Source of the DNA: an uncultured Flavobacteriales bacterium
Lineage (GTDB): Bacteria; Bacteroidota; Bacteroidia; Flavobacteriales_D; Crocinitomicaceae
Length of the DNA: 64,000 nucleotides
Direction: 5' to 3'
Assembly: GCA_905478665.1 (NCBI GenBank)
Contig: CAJQJL010000029.1
Coordinates: forward strand, 240 to 64,239
The notes beneath the pieces are model-generated. The model was not told where the DNA came from. It did not search any database and was given only the letters and a program-made list of their open reading frames with translations. The translations under genes and the position numbers were made by a program. Below, one piece after another: positions 20,821-29,608 of this stretch. Numbering within the stretch: the stretch's first letter is position 1; each line of letters starts with the position of its first letter.

Positions 20821-22287
20821 GTGAATTTACTCAAAGCTCTGACCATAGTGTTTTTGTGTACATGCAACTCTGCTGTTGGTCAAAATGCTTTTGGAGCTCT
20901 CCATAGTAATTACACGCCAACCAATAGTTTGTATGTAAACCCATCAAGTATTCTTGATGCAAAAGTTTGGTTGGACATAAATATCATTGGAGCTGGAGTA
21001 TACCTGAATAACGACTTCGTACACTTAAATAATCACAGTTTAGCTTCCGTGGCAAGCGAAGGAACCAAAGGAACCTCGTCAATTGTTGAAACGGACGTTG
21101 ACTTCAATCAAAGCAGAAAGAAATACCACGCTTACAATCGAAATTTCGTGGCAGCTCCCAGTGTTGTTTGGAGTCAAGGTGACCATGCGGCAGCATTGTC
21201 TATTGGTGGAAGAAGCTATACTGGACTTAGGAATTTACCAGATTTTGCAGCTCGATTTATTGAATATGGAGTGCCCGATTATCCAACCCAACATGATATT
21301 AATTATACAGCGAGCAATGTTCGTCTTGCATCACTTAGTTTCGTGGAGATAAAGTTGACCTATGCGTATACGTTCTTAAAGAAACGACGCAATATGTTTA
21401 TGGCAGGGGCGACCTTTTCCAAGTTTTTTTCAGTAGCAGGTGGTGCAGCCAATATCTACAATTTTAATATATTGGTAGACAATGACAGCATTATTGATGT
21501 TTTCAATTTGGAAGCGGATGCCGTATATGCATGGAATAAGAACATCAATGCAAAAGGTGGTTGGGGCATGGATTTCGGTTTCACATTCCAGAAAATGTTG
21601 AGGGATGCGACTAGTTATTATCCGAATTCACCGAAGATGGGCTGTACGAATATTCCATATAAATACAAAATTGGTTTATCAATTATTGATGTTGGGAATG
21701 TGAAGTTTGATCCTATTTTGTATCAAGGATATAATTTTGATCAATACACCTGGTTGAACTATGCTGACCAAGAGATCAATGATGATAACCCAGCGGATTT
21801 GTTTGCTCCTCAGGAACCCGATATTGGAAATGGTAGAGTGAAAAATCCAAACAAAATCCGCTTACCAACATTTGTTTCTGCTCAATTTGATTACAATCTT
21901 TGGGCATCTCGGGTATACATAAACGGAACAATTATTCAGGGGTTTGGTGTTGCTAAGAACAAATTTGGGTTGCGTCATGCGAATAGTTTGAGTGTCACAC
22001 CACGGTTTGAATCGTATTGGTTTGACTTCGCACTTCCATTTAGTTTGTACGAATACAGGCATCCCCAATTGGGAGCAAGTATGCGACTAGGACCGCTAAC
22101 ATTAGGTACGGATAAGTTGATTAACTGGTTGTTCAAATCAAAGATCTATGGAGCGGATATTTACCTTTATCTAAAGGTTCCAATTCGTTATCATCCATCC
22201 TGTAAAGACAGGCAAAAAGGTCAGCGCGGAGGTAGAGGAGGACGAGGTAGAGGTCGTGACAATTCACCTACAAAATGTACGATATAG
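20821..22287 (+). CDS. Putative outer-membrane beta-barrel protein (PorP/SprF-like N-terminus?) with an Arg/Gly-rich C-terminal tail
   Basis: 488 aa from a GTG start 3 nt after the gap stop, with a signal peptide. The sequence is rich in alternating aromatic/small residues. N-terminal HSNYTPTNSLYVNPSSI is reminiscent of the PorP/SprF start. The tail is QKGQRGGRGGRGRGRDNSPTKCTI. Confidence 0.4.
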   Translation: MNLLKALTIVFLCTCNSAVGQNAFGALHSNYTPTNSLYVNPSSILDAKVWLDINIIGAGVYLNNDFVHLNNHSLASVASEGTKGTSSIVETDVDFNQSRKKYHAYNRNFVAAPSVVWSQGDHAAALSIGGRSYTGLRNLPDFAARFIEYGVPDYPTQHDINYTASNVRLASLSFVEIKLTYAYTFLKKRRNMFMAGATFSKFFSVAGGAANIYNFNILVDNDSIIDVFNLEADAVYAWNKNINAKGGWGMDFGFTFQKMLRDATSYYPNSPKMGCTNIPYKYKIGLSIIDVGNVKFDPILYQGYNFDQYTWLNYADQEINDDNPADLFAPQEPDIGNGRVKNPNKIRLPTFVSAQFDYNLWASRVYINGTIIQGFGVAKNKFGLRHANSLSVTPRFESYWFDFALPFSLYEYRHPQLGASMRLGPLTLGTDKLINWLFKSKIYGADIYLYLKVPIRYHPSCKDRQKGQRGGRGGRGRGRDNSPTKCTI

Positions 22288-22473
22288 TTGCTTTATGGAG
22301 CTGAGGATAAGCCTAGTAATAGTGCGATGTAATTGACAAGGCTTAACTTAGGAGTCGTCTCGATGAGAGTACTAAGTGGGAAGGGGAATAACTGTACTTC
22401 AATTCAAAATCAGGTATTTGTTGCAGCTTCATGAGTGATAATTTTGGGTAACTTTCCGTGAACGAAAGACCAA

Positions 22474-23460
22474 ATGACCATGAAATCAGAATCACAGAAG
22501 AATCGACCAGTACTTATTTTGCAGGATGGTGCCGTAGACGAATTAATGTCTGTTGCTCTCGTAGGGACAATGACAAATATTGACATGCTCGGTATCGGTG
22601 TTGTTAATGCAGATTGTCTAGCCGCTCCGACAGTGGAAGTCACGAACAAAGTATTGCATCTTATGGGAATCTCCAATGTGCCAGTTACAACGAGCATTGC
22701 ACGAGGAGTAAATGCCTTTCCTTGGGTGTATAGGCAGTATTCCATGATGGCAAATCTTCTCCCGATGCTGAATGGAGATGCTTATGTACCTCGTGTACTC
22801 GATAAGAGTGCTGAACAAATGATCGTTGATGCGATTGGGAAGAACATGAAGGCTGGAAATCCCAAAGTAAAGGTCTTGGTATTGTCGCCGCTGACTCCCT
22901 TAGTTACAGCCTGGGAAATGGATCCAAGTATAAAAGATGGGATCGACGAAATTTTATGGATGGGAGGAGCTTTGAAACCAGAAGGAGGAAACTGCAATAT
23001 GCCATATGGAAACGTAGATCCAGGACTTGCTCCAGGGGCTAATGCGAACGCCGAGTGGAATGCTTATTGGGATCCGTTCGCGGTGCAAAATGTTCTGTCT
23101 TCTGGAGTTCCACTGACGATGTTTCCTTTGAACGCTACTAACGAGGTTATGCTTTCTTCTGAAATTGTGTTAAAGTTCGCTCCTGAAAGCGCCAAATACC
23201 CTTTGTATGCTTTGGCGGGACAAATGTATTCGACTGTAGCGTTTGAGGCTGGTTATGCATTCTGGGATACAGTAACTACAGCATATCTTGATCGACCTGA
23301 CTTGTACACCATCGAACAAAAGAAACTTCTCAATGTGACAAGCGGTTTAGATGAGGGGAACATCATTGAAAACACAGACGGATATCTGGTAAACGTTGTA
23401 ACGAATATTGATGTGGATGGGTTTTACGCTTATATTTTTAAGCAATGGAAAAAGTTGTAA
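22474..23460 (+). CDS. Nucleoside hydrolase (IUNH)-like protein with a degenerate Asp motif
   Basis: 328 aa. The N-terminal VLILQDGAVDELMSVAL aligns to the IUNH DxDxxxDD loop but keeps only part of it. Overall length and pattern fit the IUNH fold. Confidence 0.5.
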   Translation: MTMKSESQKNRPVLILQDGAVDELMSVALVGTMTNIDMLGIGVVNADCLAAPTVEVTNKVLHLMGISNVPVTTSIARGVNAFPWVYRQYSMMANLLPMLNGDAYVPRVLDKSAEQMIVDAIGKNMKAGNPKVKVLVLSPLTPLVTAWEMDPSIKDGIDEILWMGGALKPEGGNCNMPYGNVDPGLAPGANANAEWNAYWDPFAVQNVLSSGVPLTMFPLNATNEVMLSSEIVLKFAPESAKYPLYALAGQMYSTVAFEAGYAFWDTVTTAYLDRPDLYTIEQKKLLNVTSGLDEGNIIENTDGYLVNVVTNIDVDGFYAYIFKQWKKL

Positions 23461-23473
23461 AACGAAATCAATC

Positions 23474-23998
23474 CTACCTTCTCTTTCTCTTGTTTTCGGC
23501 TAGTTTTTCAGCAACTTTATTTTGGACTGGAATGTTCAACGCCTCATGAATTTCTTTAAGTGCCTGCGTAGCTTTTTTGTACTCCAGAAAAGAATAGATT
23601 AGATGCTTTTTCTTGAAGCCATCTGTAATCTGGATGTCATAGGTTAGTGTTTTCGTATCCAAGGTTGATACTCTTCCCATCATTGGGGCAGTGCCTCTGA
23701 ATGCATTTTCAGCGTGAAGCATAAGTACCGCGCTTACTGGCTCAGTAATGGGGTGCCATTGTCCAAATATCTGATTCCCAATTTTCCCATAACGGCGGTA
23801 TTTTTCGTTTGCAATATCCAGTTGTAGTCCATTTGTGGCAGCGAAAAGAAGTATGGCAAAGATGAATAAGACAGCAGCTGGAATATACAATAGTTGAGAG
23901 GTGACAGAAGTTAGACCCGCAAGAATAAATGACGTTACGATCACAACGATTCCGTGAATTAGGTAATTGTTTGTCTTTCCTTCGTTAATGTCTATCAT
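23474..23998 (-). CDS. Hypothetical membrane protein
   Basis: 174 aa with two N-terminal TM segments (IVVIVTSFILAGL..., YIPAAVLFIFAILLFAA). I recognise no domain. Confidence 0.4.
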   Translation of the reverse strand: MIDINEGKTNNYLIHGIVVIVTSFILAGLTSVTSQLLYIPAAVLFIFAILLFAATNGLQLDIANEKYRRYGKIGNQIFGQWHPITEPVSAVLMLHAENAFRGTAPMMGRVSTLDTKTLTYDIQITDGFKKKHLIYSFLEYKKATQALKEIHEALNIPVQNKVAEKLAENKRKRR

Positions 23999-24041
23999 GG
24001 TTGTAAACCTTTAGCTTATGACCAAAATTCACTTAAAATAG

Positions 24042-25346
24042 TTACCTCCGTTCAAGTACCCAAGCTTTAGGAGCCACTGAGCTAACTTCTGATCTTCCTG
24101 CTTGTGCATCAGCGGCAGTTGCATAAGACTTGATACTTACCATATGCATTCCGCCACCTGGTAATACTTTGGCTGGGAACCCCTCTGTCTTTAATTTTTC
24201 TACAAGACGTGTGGCATTTGCCTCAGATGAGAAAGATCCAGCAATGAGGTGGAAAGGTAGATCGTTTGAACCGTAATTATTCTGTGTTTCTACAGGTGTT
24301 TCAACGGCTTGTTCTTCAACAGGATCTTCAGTTATTTCTTCGGTAATTTCTTCTTCGTCACTCACAACTTCTTCCTCTTGCACTTCCTCTTCCTCTGCGT
24401 TTGAATCTTCTTCATCGTCCAAGCCTAGCGTCTCCGCCATTTCTTCAATTGCATTGTTGTCTTTTTCTTCTTCCACATCTGCAAGGAATGGAATGTGCTG
24501 TTTCACGTCATCGTAATAAATCCCACCAACTGTTATGCTAGCAACAATAAGTACGAGCAAGATCATGAGCATCCAGAAGCCAGCACTGCGTTTCTTCTTT
24601 GGTTTTTTCTTGGCTTTTTCCTCTTTTAACTTATTTAGCTTTGCGGCAGTTGCAGCGCGCTCTTCTTTTTCTAGGATATTGAGTTCTTTTGTCTCAACGG
24701 GCTGCTTCTCACTAGGCTCTTTTATGATTGGAATAATTGGAGTCGCTTCTTTCTTAGAAGCATCTTCTTTGGGCTTATCAGCCTTTGTCTCTTTTGGACT
24801 TTCAACTTTCGGAGTAACAGGAGCTACTGGTTTTGACTCAGCTTCTTTTTCTTTAGGTGCGCTTTTCTTTTCTGAAACCTCCTTGGCGGGCGTTTCTTTA
24901 GGAGTCTCCTTTTTCTCAGTCTTCGGTTTCTCTTCTTCCTTTTCTGGTTCTTCTTTTGTGACTACTTCTTCTAGGATAGGCGTTTTCTTCGGTTTTTCCA
25001 CCTCAGTTTTTGCTTCTGGTTTTGAATCATCTCCTTCCGCCCAATTCTTGAAATCTATATCATCGCCGTCTTTAATAAAACTTCCGAACTTGAACATATC
25101 GTATGATTCTCCCTTGTCCAACGTTGCAGTTATTTCCCGAACATATTTAGCTATCAAATTTTTGGCTTCGTTTTCTTCGAGTCCGTCTTTTTGAGCGATA
25201 TGGGCAGAAAGCTTACCGTCGTCATGCTTCAGATATGACATGAACATGATTTCACCTGTACCCTTATTCGTAATGGTGAGTGCACCTAAACCAGGGATGA
25301 TAATTGTGTTGACTTCTTTTAGAATTTCCAGTAAATACTTGTCCAT
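24042..25346 (-). CDS. HU-like N-terminal domain / SPOR domain protein with a K/E/P-rich linker
   Basis: 434 aa. N-terminus LLEILKEVNTIIIPGLGALT (HU-CCDC81-like), a KPE-rich low-complexity region, one TM (FWMLMILLVLIVASITVGGIYY) and an acidic stretch. C-terminal SPOR-like FHLIAGSF...NATRLVEKLKTEGFPAKVL. Confidence 0.75.
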   Translation of the reverse strand: MDKYLLEILKEVNTIIIPGLGALTITNKGTGEIMFMSYLKHDDGKLSAHIAQKDGLEENEAKNLIAKYVREITATLDKGESYDMFKFGSFIKDGDDIDFKNWAEGDDSKPEAKTEVEKPKKTPILEEVVTKEEPEKEEEKPKTEKKETPKETPAKEVSEKKSAPKEKEAESKPVAPVTPKVESPKETKADKPKEDASKKEATPIIPIIKEPSEKQPVETKELNILEKEERAATAAKLNKLKEEKAKKKPKKKRSAGFWMLMILLVLIVASITVGGIYYDDVKQHIPFLADVEEEKDNNAIEEMAETLGLDDEEDSNAEEEEVQEEEVVSDEEEITEEITEDPVEEQAVETPVETQNNYGSNDLPFHLIAGSFSSEANATRLVEKLKTEGFPAKVLPGGGMHMVSIKSYATAADAQAGRSEVSSVAPKAWVLERR

Positions 25347-25382
25347 AGTAGCAAATTAAGAGGAGTATAAAATACAAAATAA

Positions 25383-26237
25383 TCAGAACAACTCAGAAAA
25401 TTGGAATGTATCCTTGAGACGAACCCCTTTCTCAGTGTTCTGTAGGGTACAGCATTGATTAATTGAGTCGTGCTCTAAGAAAAGAACAAAATCATTTTGT
25501 GCGGCAGTGTTTAAGAACTTCTCTTTTTCAGATAGTGTTATCAGCGGACGGGTGTCATATCCCATCACATAAGGAAGTGGAATGTGTCCCACACTAGGCA
25601 ATAAATCAGCCATGAAAACGAGTGTTTTTCCTTTATACTTAATATGTGGAATCATCATGCTTTCGGTATGTCCGTCAACAAAAAGAACGTCGAAATTGTT
25701 AAATACATTCTGTGTAAAATCGCCATCGCGGTCAATGAATTTTAACTGACCACTCTGTTCGATAGGGAATATATTTTCTTTTAAAAAGGAAGCCTTTTCT
25801 CGTGGATTTGGTTCTGTAGCCCATTTCCAGTGATTTTCAGTGCTCCAATAAATGGCATTTTTAAAAACAGGTTCGAATCCCTGCCCATCCTTAGTTCGTT
25901 TAATAGCTCCACCGCAATGATCGAAATGTAAGTGCGTAAGAAAAACATCGGTGATATCATCCAAACCAAATCCCAGTTTTTTCAAGTTGGGCTCAAGGCT
26001 ATTTTCATCAGAAAGGTAGTAATGCGAGAAGAATTTTTCAGATTGTTTATCTCCAATACCTGTATCAATAAGAATCAGTCGATCACCATCTTCAATTAGC
26101 ATACTCCGCATAGACCAATCACACATATTGTTCGCATCAGCAGGGTTTGTTCGTTGCCACAGCGTTTTTGGCACAACACCGAACATTGCACCTCCGTCAA
26201 GTTTGAAGTTTCCTGTATTAAGTGGATGAATTATCAT
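25383..26237 (-). CDS. MBL-fold metallo-hydrolase
   Basis: 284 aa with the HxHxDH motif THLHFDHCGG. Confidence 0.85.
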   Translation of the reverse strand: MIIHPLNTGNFKLDGGAMFGVVPKTLWQRTNPADANNMCDWSMRSMLIEDGDRLILIDTGIGDKQSEKFFSHYYLSDENSLEPNLKKLGFGLDDITDVFLTHLHFDHCGGAIKRTKDGQGFEPVFKNAIYWSTENHWKWATEPNPREKASFLKENIFPIEQSGQLKFIDRDGDFTQNVFNNFDVLFVDGHTESMMIPHIKYKGKTLVFMADLLPSVGHIPLPYVMGYDTRPLITLSEKEKFLNTAAQNDFVLFLEHDSINQCCTLQNTEKGVRLKDTFQFSELF

Positions 26238-26252
26238 AGGGATTACTGTTTT

Positions 26253-27122
26253 TTATCTGTTCGCAATATACAAAGTTGCAATGGCTAAAATAGCCGCAAC
26301 GAGTCCAATTTTTTTCTTAATGCTTGAATCTTCTTTGAACGCGATGAATCCAATTATCGCAGAGGCGAGCACTACGGAAACATTGGTGATCGCTAGCACA
26401 GTAGAGTCTTGCCAACCAGTTGATTTATAAGATAGGAGCAAAAGGTATATGGAAAAATAATTAGGCACTCCAAGAAGTACGCCTCCGATTACATTTTTCA
26501 ATTTTAGTTTTTCCTTGCCTTGTGCGAGTCTAACAGAAAGAATAAGAAGACCTAGGATTCCCGCCGATCCTAAACCGATGGCTGAAAACAAAGAAGAGGT
26601 AAGTACGCCAAGTTCATTCTTCTGGACATAATTTAGCGTAAAATCAAGAATTCCACTTCCGAGGAAAAGAACAAGTAACATCCATGCAGCTCCTTTGACT
26701 CCACTTTTTTTAGCAGACGGAGAAGAAACTAAAAACACACCCACAAATGCCAGAAGAATTCCAGTGATTTTTAAGATGGATAATTCTTCCGAATAGGCGT
26801 AGACCATGAACAACAGCGATACTGCCATGCTCATTTTTACAGCTACTGAAGTTGATGCAACACCATTTAGTTGTGAGCTTTTTGCCATAATGAAGAACAA
26901 TCCAATGAATAGGAAAGCAGCTAAGAACGCAAATGGAACCCATCGAACATCGTTTAATGCGTCTGCGTGCCATTCATGACCATAGAGTGTGAAGCCTAGA
27001 ATTGCAGCCGTGAAATAATTGATGACGATCGCTTGAAAAGTATCTACCTTGAATTTGGCGAACAGCTTAAAAATCACAAAAATGATCGTTGAACTTGCAA
27101 TGGAGAGGATCAATGGAATCAT
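26253..27122 (-). CDS. EamA/DMT-family transporter
   Basis: 289 aa with about 10 hydrophobic segments in two similar halves. Overlaps the ribD stop by 4 nt. Confidence 0.65.
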   Translation of the reverse strand: MIPLILSIASSTIIFVIFKLFAKFKVDTFQAIVINYFTAAILGFTLYGHEWHADALNDVRWVPFAFLAAFLFIGLFFIMAKSSQLNGVASTSVAVKMSMAVSLLFMVYAYSEELSILKITGILLAFVGVFLVSSPSAKKSGVKGAAWMLLVLFLGSGILDFTLNYVQKNELGVLTSSLFSAIGLGSAGILGLLILSVRLAQGKEKLKLKNVIGGVLLGVPNYFSIYLLLLSYKSTGWQDSTVLAITNVSVVLASAIIGFIAFKEDSSIKKKIGLVAAILAIATLYIANR

Positions 27123-28147
27123 TCGTTCAGGTATGTTTTGATAGTGTCTCCAAAGAAATTTTTCATAGAATTAGTCTCTATTAAGAGTAGGGGAGCAGGT
27201 GTTCCTGTTTCGAAATTATGTTGTCCAACAATAACTTTTGCTTCGTCCCAAAGTCCAGAATCAATGAATGATTGAAGCGTTTTTGCCCCTCCTTCTACCA
27301 GAATGGAATGGATGTCTTCGCTGTACAGTTTTTGCAAGATTTCAGCGATGTCCATTTTCTCAAGCTTTAAGAAGTGAATATTTTCATCCTCTTTTTCCAT
27401 GTGCTTGTTTATGACAATGGTCTTGGCTTGCTTATCGAAAACGGCAAATTGTCGTTGAAGACGATTTTCAGGATCAAGCACAATTCGAGTTGGGTTTCTA
27501 CCTTTCACGGCACGAACACTCAATGATGGATTATCCGATTCTACGGTGTTTCTTCCAACAAGAATAGCCTGATTTTCTGAGCGCCATGTATGGACAAGCA
27601 CTTGTGTTTCGGGAGCGGAAATCCAAGAGACTTTACCGTTCTTGACACCTTGATCGATTACTCCATTCGGTGTTTGTGCCCACTTGAGCACCACAAAAGG
27701 TCTTTGTTTTTCATGTGCAGTGAAAAAACGTTTGTTCATTTCTCGACATTCTTTTTCAAGAATACCAACTGTAACATCTATGCCTGCATTTCGCAATCGT
27801 TGAATTCCCTTCCCATCGACTTCTGAATTGGCATCTCTCGATCCGATGACCGCACGTTTGAAGTTTTTCTCCACGAGTAAATCAGCGCAGGGAGGCGTTT
27901 TTCCATGGTGCGAACAAGGTTCTAGCGAAACAAAAATTGTTGAATTTGAAAGAAGCGTTTGATCCTTTACACAGTTAATCGCATTTACTTCAGCGTGGGG
28001 GCCTCCGTACATTTCGTGAAAACCTTCACCTATGATGGAACCCTGATGCACGATTACAGCTCCAACCATTGGGTTTGGTGCTACCTTTCCCATTCCTTGT
28101 TGGGCTAGTTGAATGCAGCGCGCCATGTAGTGTTCATCCTGAAGCAT
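27119..28147 (-). CDS. ribD: Bifunctional riboflavin biosynthesis deaminase/reductase
   Basis: 342 aa with the CMP/dCMP deaminase zinc motifs HAEVNAI and LEPCSHHGKTPPC, followed by the RibD C-terminal reductase domain. Confidence 0.92.
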   Translation of the reverse strand: MLQDEHYMARCIQLAQQGMGKVAPNPMVGAVIVHQGSIIGEGFHEMYGGPHAEVNAINCVKDQTLLSNSTIFVSLEPCSHHGKTPPCADLLVEKNFKRAVIGSRDANSEVDGKGIQRLRNAGIDVTVGILEKECREMNKRFFTAHEKQRPFVVLKWAQTPNGVIDQGVKNGKVSWISAPETQVLVHTWRSENQAILVGRNTVESDNPSLSVRAVKGRNPTRIVLDPENRLQRQFAVFDKQAKTIVINKHMEKEDENIHFLKLEKMDIAEILQKLYSEDIHSILVEGGAKTLQSFIDSGLWDEAKVIVGQHNFETGTPAPLLLIETNSMKNFFGDTIKTYLNE

Positions 28148-28214
28148 GTCACGAATTTACGAATTAAGTGCATTGAAATTTATTTCTATTTTCGTACATA
28201 CGACAAAGTAGCCT

Positions 28215-29603
28215 ATGCGTTTATTTTCAAGGATCGGAAAAATATTCAAATCACTCTTGCCAGCGCCGTTCACAATAGCGGTGGTTTTGACGATCGCAAC
28301 TTTTCTATTGGCCTTGTTCTTAACGACTTCTGAAGTCACTGGTTTCAATCGTGTGATCGAGATAATGGGGTTTTGGGAAGAAGGGTTGTGGAACCCACCA
28401 CTGTTGGTCTTTGCCGTTCAAATGATGCTAATGCTTGTCTTGGGGCATGTATTGGCGCTGACAAAACCCGTTGATACTTTTATTGGATACGTCACACGAT
28501 TCTGCACGACAACCGCGAATGCAGCAGCGATTGTAACGGTTCTTACCATTTGCGTTGCGCTCTTCAATTGGGGGCTAGGCTTAGTGTTTGGCGCTATATT
28601 GGCCCGAAAAGTAGGTGAACACGCTGCGCGTAACAATCTACAATTGAATTATCCACTTATTGGGGCAGCGGGTTACAGTGGCTTGATGGTTTGGCACGGT
28701 GGGTTATCTGGGTCCGCACCGCTGAAGGTGGCAGAAGAAGGTCATATTTCTTCCTTGATGGGAGATATTTTGACCCCTCAACAATTGGCGCAAATATCAG
28801 ATCCGGTAACGCCTTCAGAAACGATATTTGGTTCCATGAATTTGGTGGCTATTCTATTGATCATTATCATACTTCCGATGTTCATGTATTTAATGGGGAA
28901 ACGATCAAAAGTGGTGAGTGTCTTACCCGAAATAAGTGATGATAAAGAAGAGGTGCCAGAAGATGTAAGGGGCTTAGAGAGACTAGACGGATCACGGATC
29001 TTTGCATTGAGTATTGGATTGATAATTACCTCCTATGCGGCCTATACGGCAGTAATTGCATACCAAACAAAAGGGTTGGGATTTATAAATCCAAACTTTA
29101 TAAACCTGTTGCTCTTTGGTTTGTGCCTCAGTATGCACAGGAGTATTTTCAATTTCTTAAAGGCAATTGATAAGGCGATTGGTGGAGCTTCAGGAATTCT
29201 CATTCAGTTCCCTTTGTATTTTGGAATTATGGGGATCATGAGTAGCTCTGGACTTGTTGAGGTCTTTTCTGATTTCTTTGTGAGTATTTCCAATGAAACA
29301 ACTTTTCCAATTTTCACATTTATGAGTGCTGGAATTGTTAATGTCTTCGTCCCCAGTGGAGGAGGGCAGTGGTTAGTTCAAGGCCCGATTATTCTTCAGG
29401 CTGCAGTTGAATTGGGGGTGAGTGCTCCGAAGGCTATCATGGCACTTGCTTATGGTGATCAGTTAACAAACATGCTTCAACCATTCTGGGCGCTACCGCT
29501 TCTTGGTATTACTGGTTTGAAAGCGAAAGCCATTTTGCCGTATACTGTAGCGTTGATGGGAGTAGGGATTCTGTTATTTGTATCTATTCTTCTTCTATTT
29601 TAA
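28215..29603 (+). CDS. Short-chain fatty acid transporter (AtoE/TIGR00366-like)
   Basis: 462 aa polytopic protein. The N-terminal region (...LPAPFTIAVVLTIATFLLALFL...GFWEEGLWNPPLLVFAVQMMLMLVLGHVLA) closely follows the AtoE pattern as I remember it. Confidence 0.75.
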   Translation: MRLFSRIGKIFKSLLPAPFTIAVVLTIATFLLALFLTTSEVTGFNRVIEIMGFWEEGLWNPPLLVFAVQMMLMLVLGHVLALTKPVDTFIGYVTRFCTTTANAAAIVTVLTICVALFNWGLGLVFGAILARKVGEHAARNNLQLNYPLIGAAGYSGLMVWHGGLSGSAPLKVAEEGHISSLMGDILTPQQLAQISDPVTPSETIFGSMNLVAILLIIIILPMFMYLMGKRSKVVSVLPEISDDKEEVPEDVRGLERLDGSRIFALSIGLIITSYAAYTAVIAYQTKGLGFINPNFINLLLFGLCLSMHRSIFNFLKAIDKAIGGASGILIQFPLYFGIMGIMSSSGLVEVFSDFFVSISNETTFPIFTFMSAGIVNVFVPSGGGQWLVQGPIILQAAVELGVSAPKAIMALAYGDQLTNMLQPFWALPLLGITGLKAKAILPYTVALMGVGILLFVSILLLF

Positions 29604-29608
29604 GCCTT

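Noticed and set aside
22288-22473. Possible riboswitch or sRNA upstream of the nucleoside-hydrolase-like gene
   Set aside because: I found only short hairpins and no conserved core I can recognise (no cobalamin, TPP, purine, FMN or SAM boxes). The evidence is insufficient without an Infernal/Rfam scan.
24535-25194. 219-aa plus-strand ORF rich in Ser/Phe/Gly
   Set aside because: It lies entirely antisense to the K/E/P low-complexity part of the SPOR-protein gene. Its composition is the mirror image of that repeat, making it a classic shadow ORF.
28148-28214. FMN riboswitch upstream of ribD
   Set aside because: The gap is only 67 bp and is shared with the divergent AtoE-like gene. That is too short for an FMN element, and it lacks the conserved FMN core.
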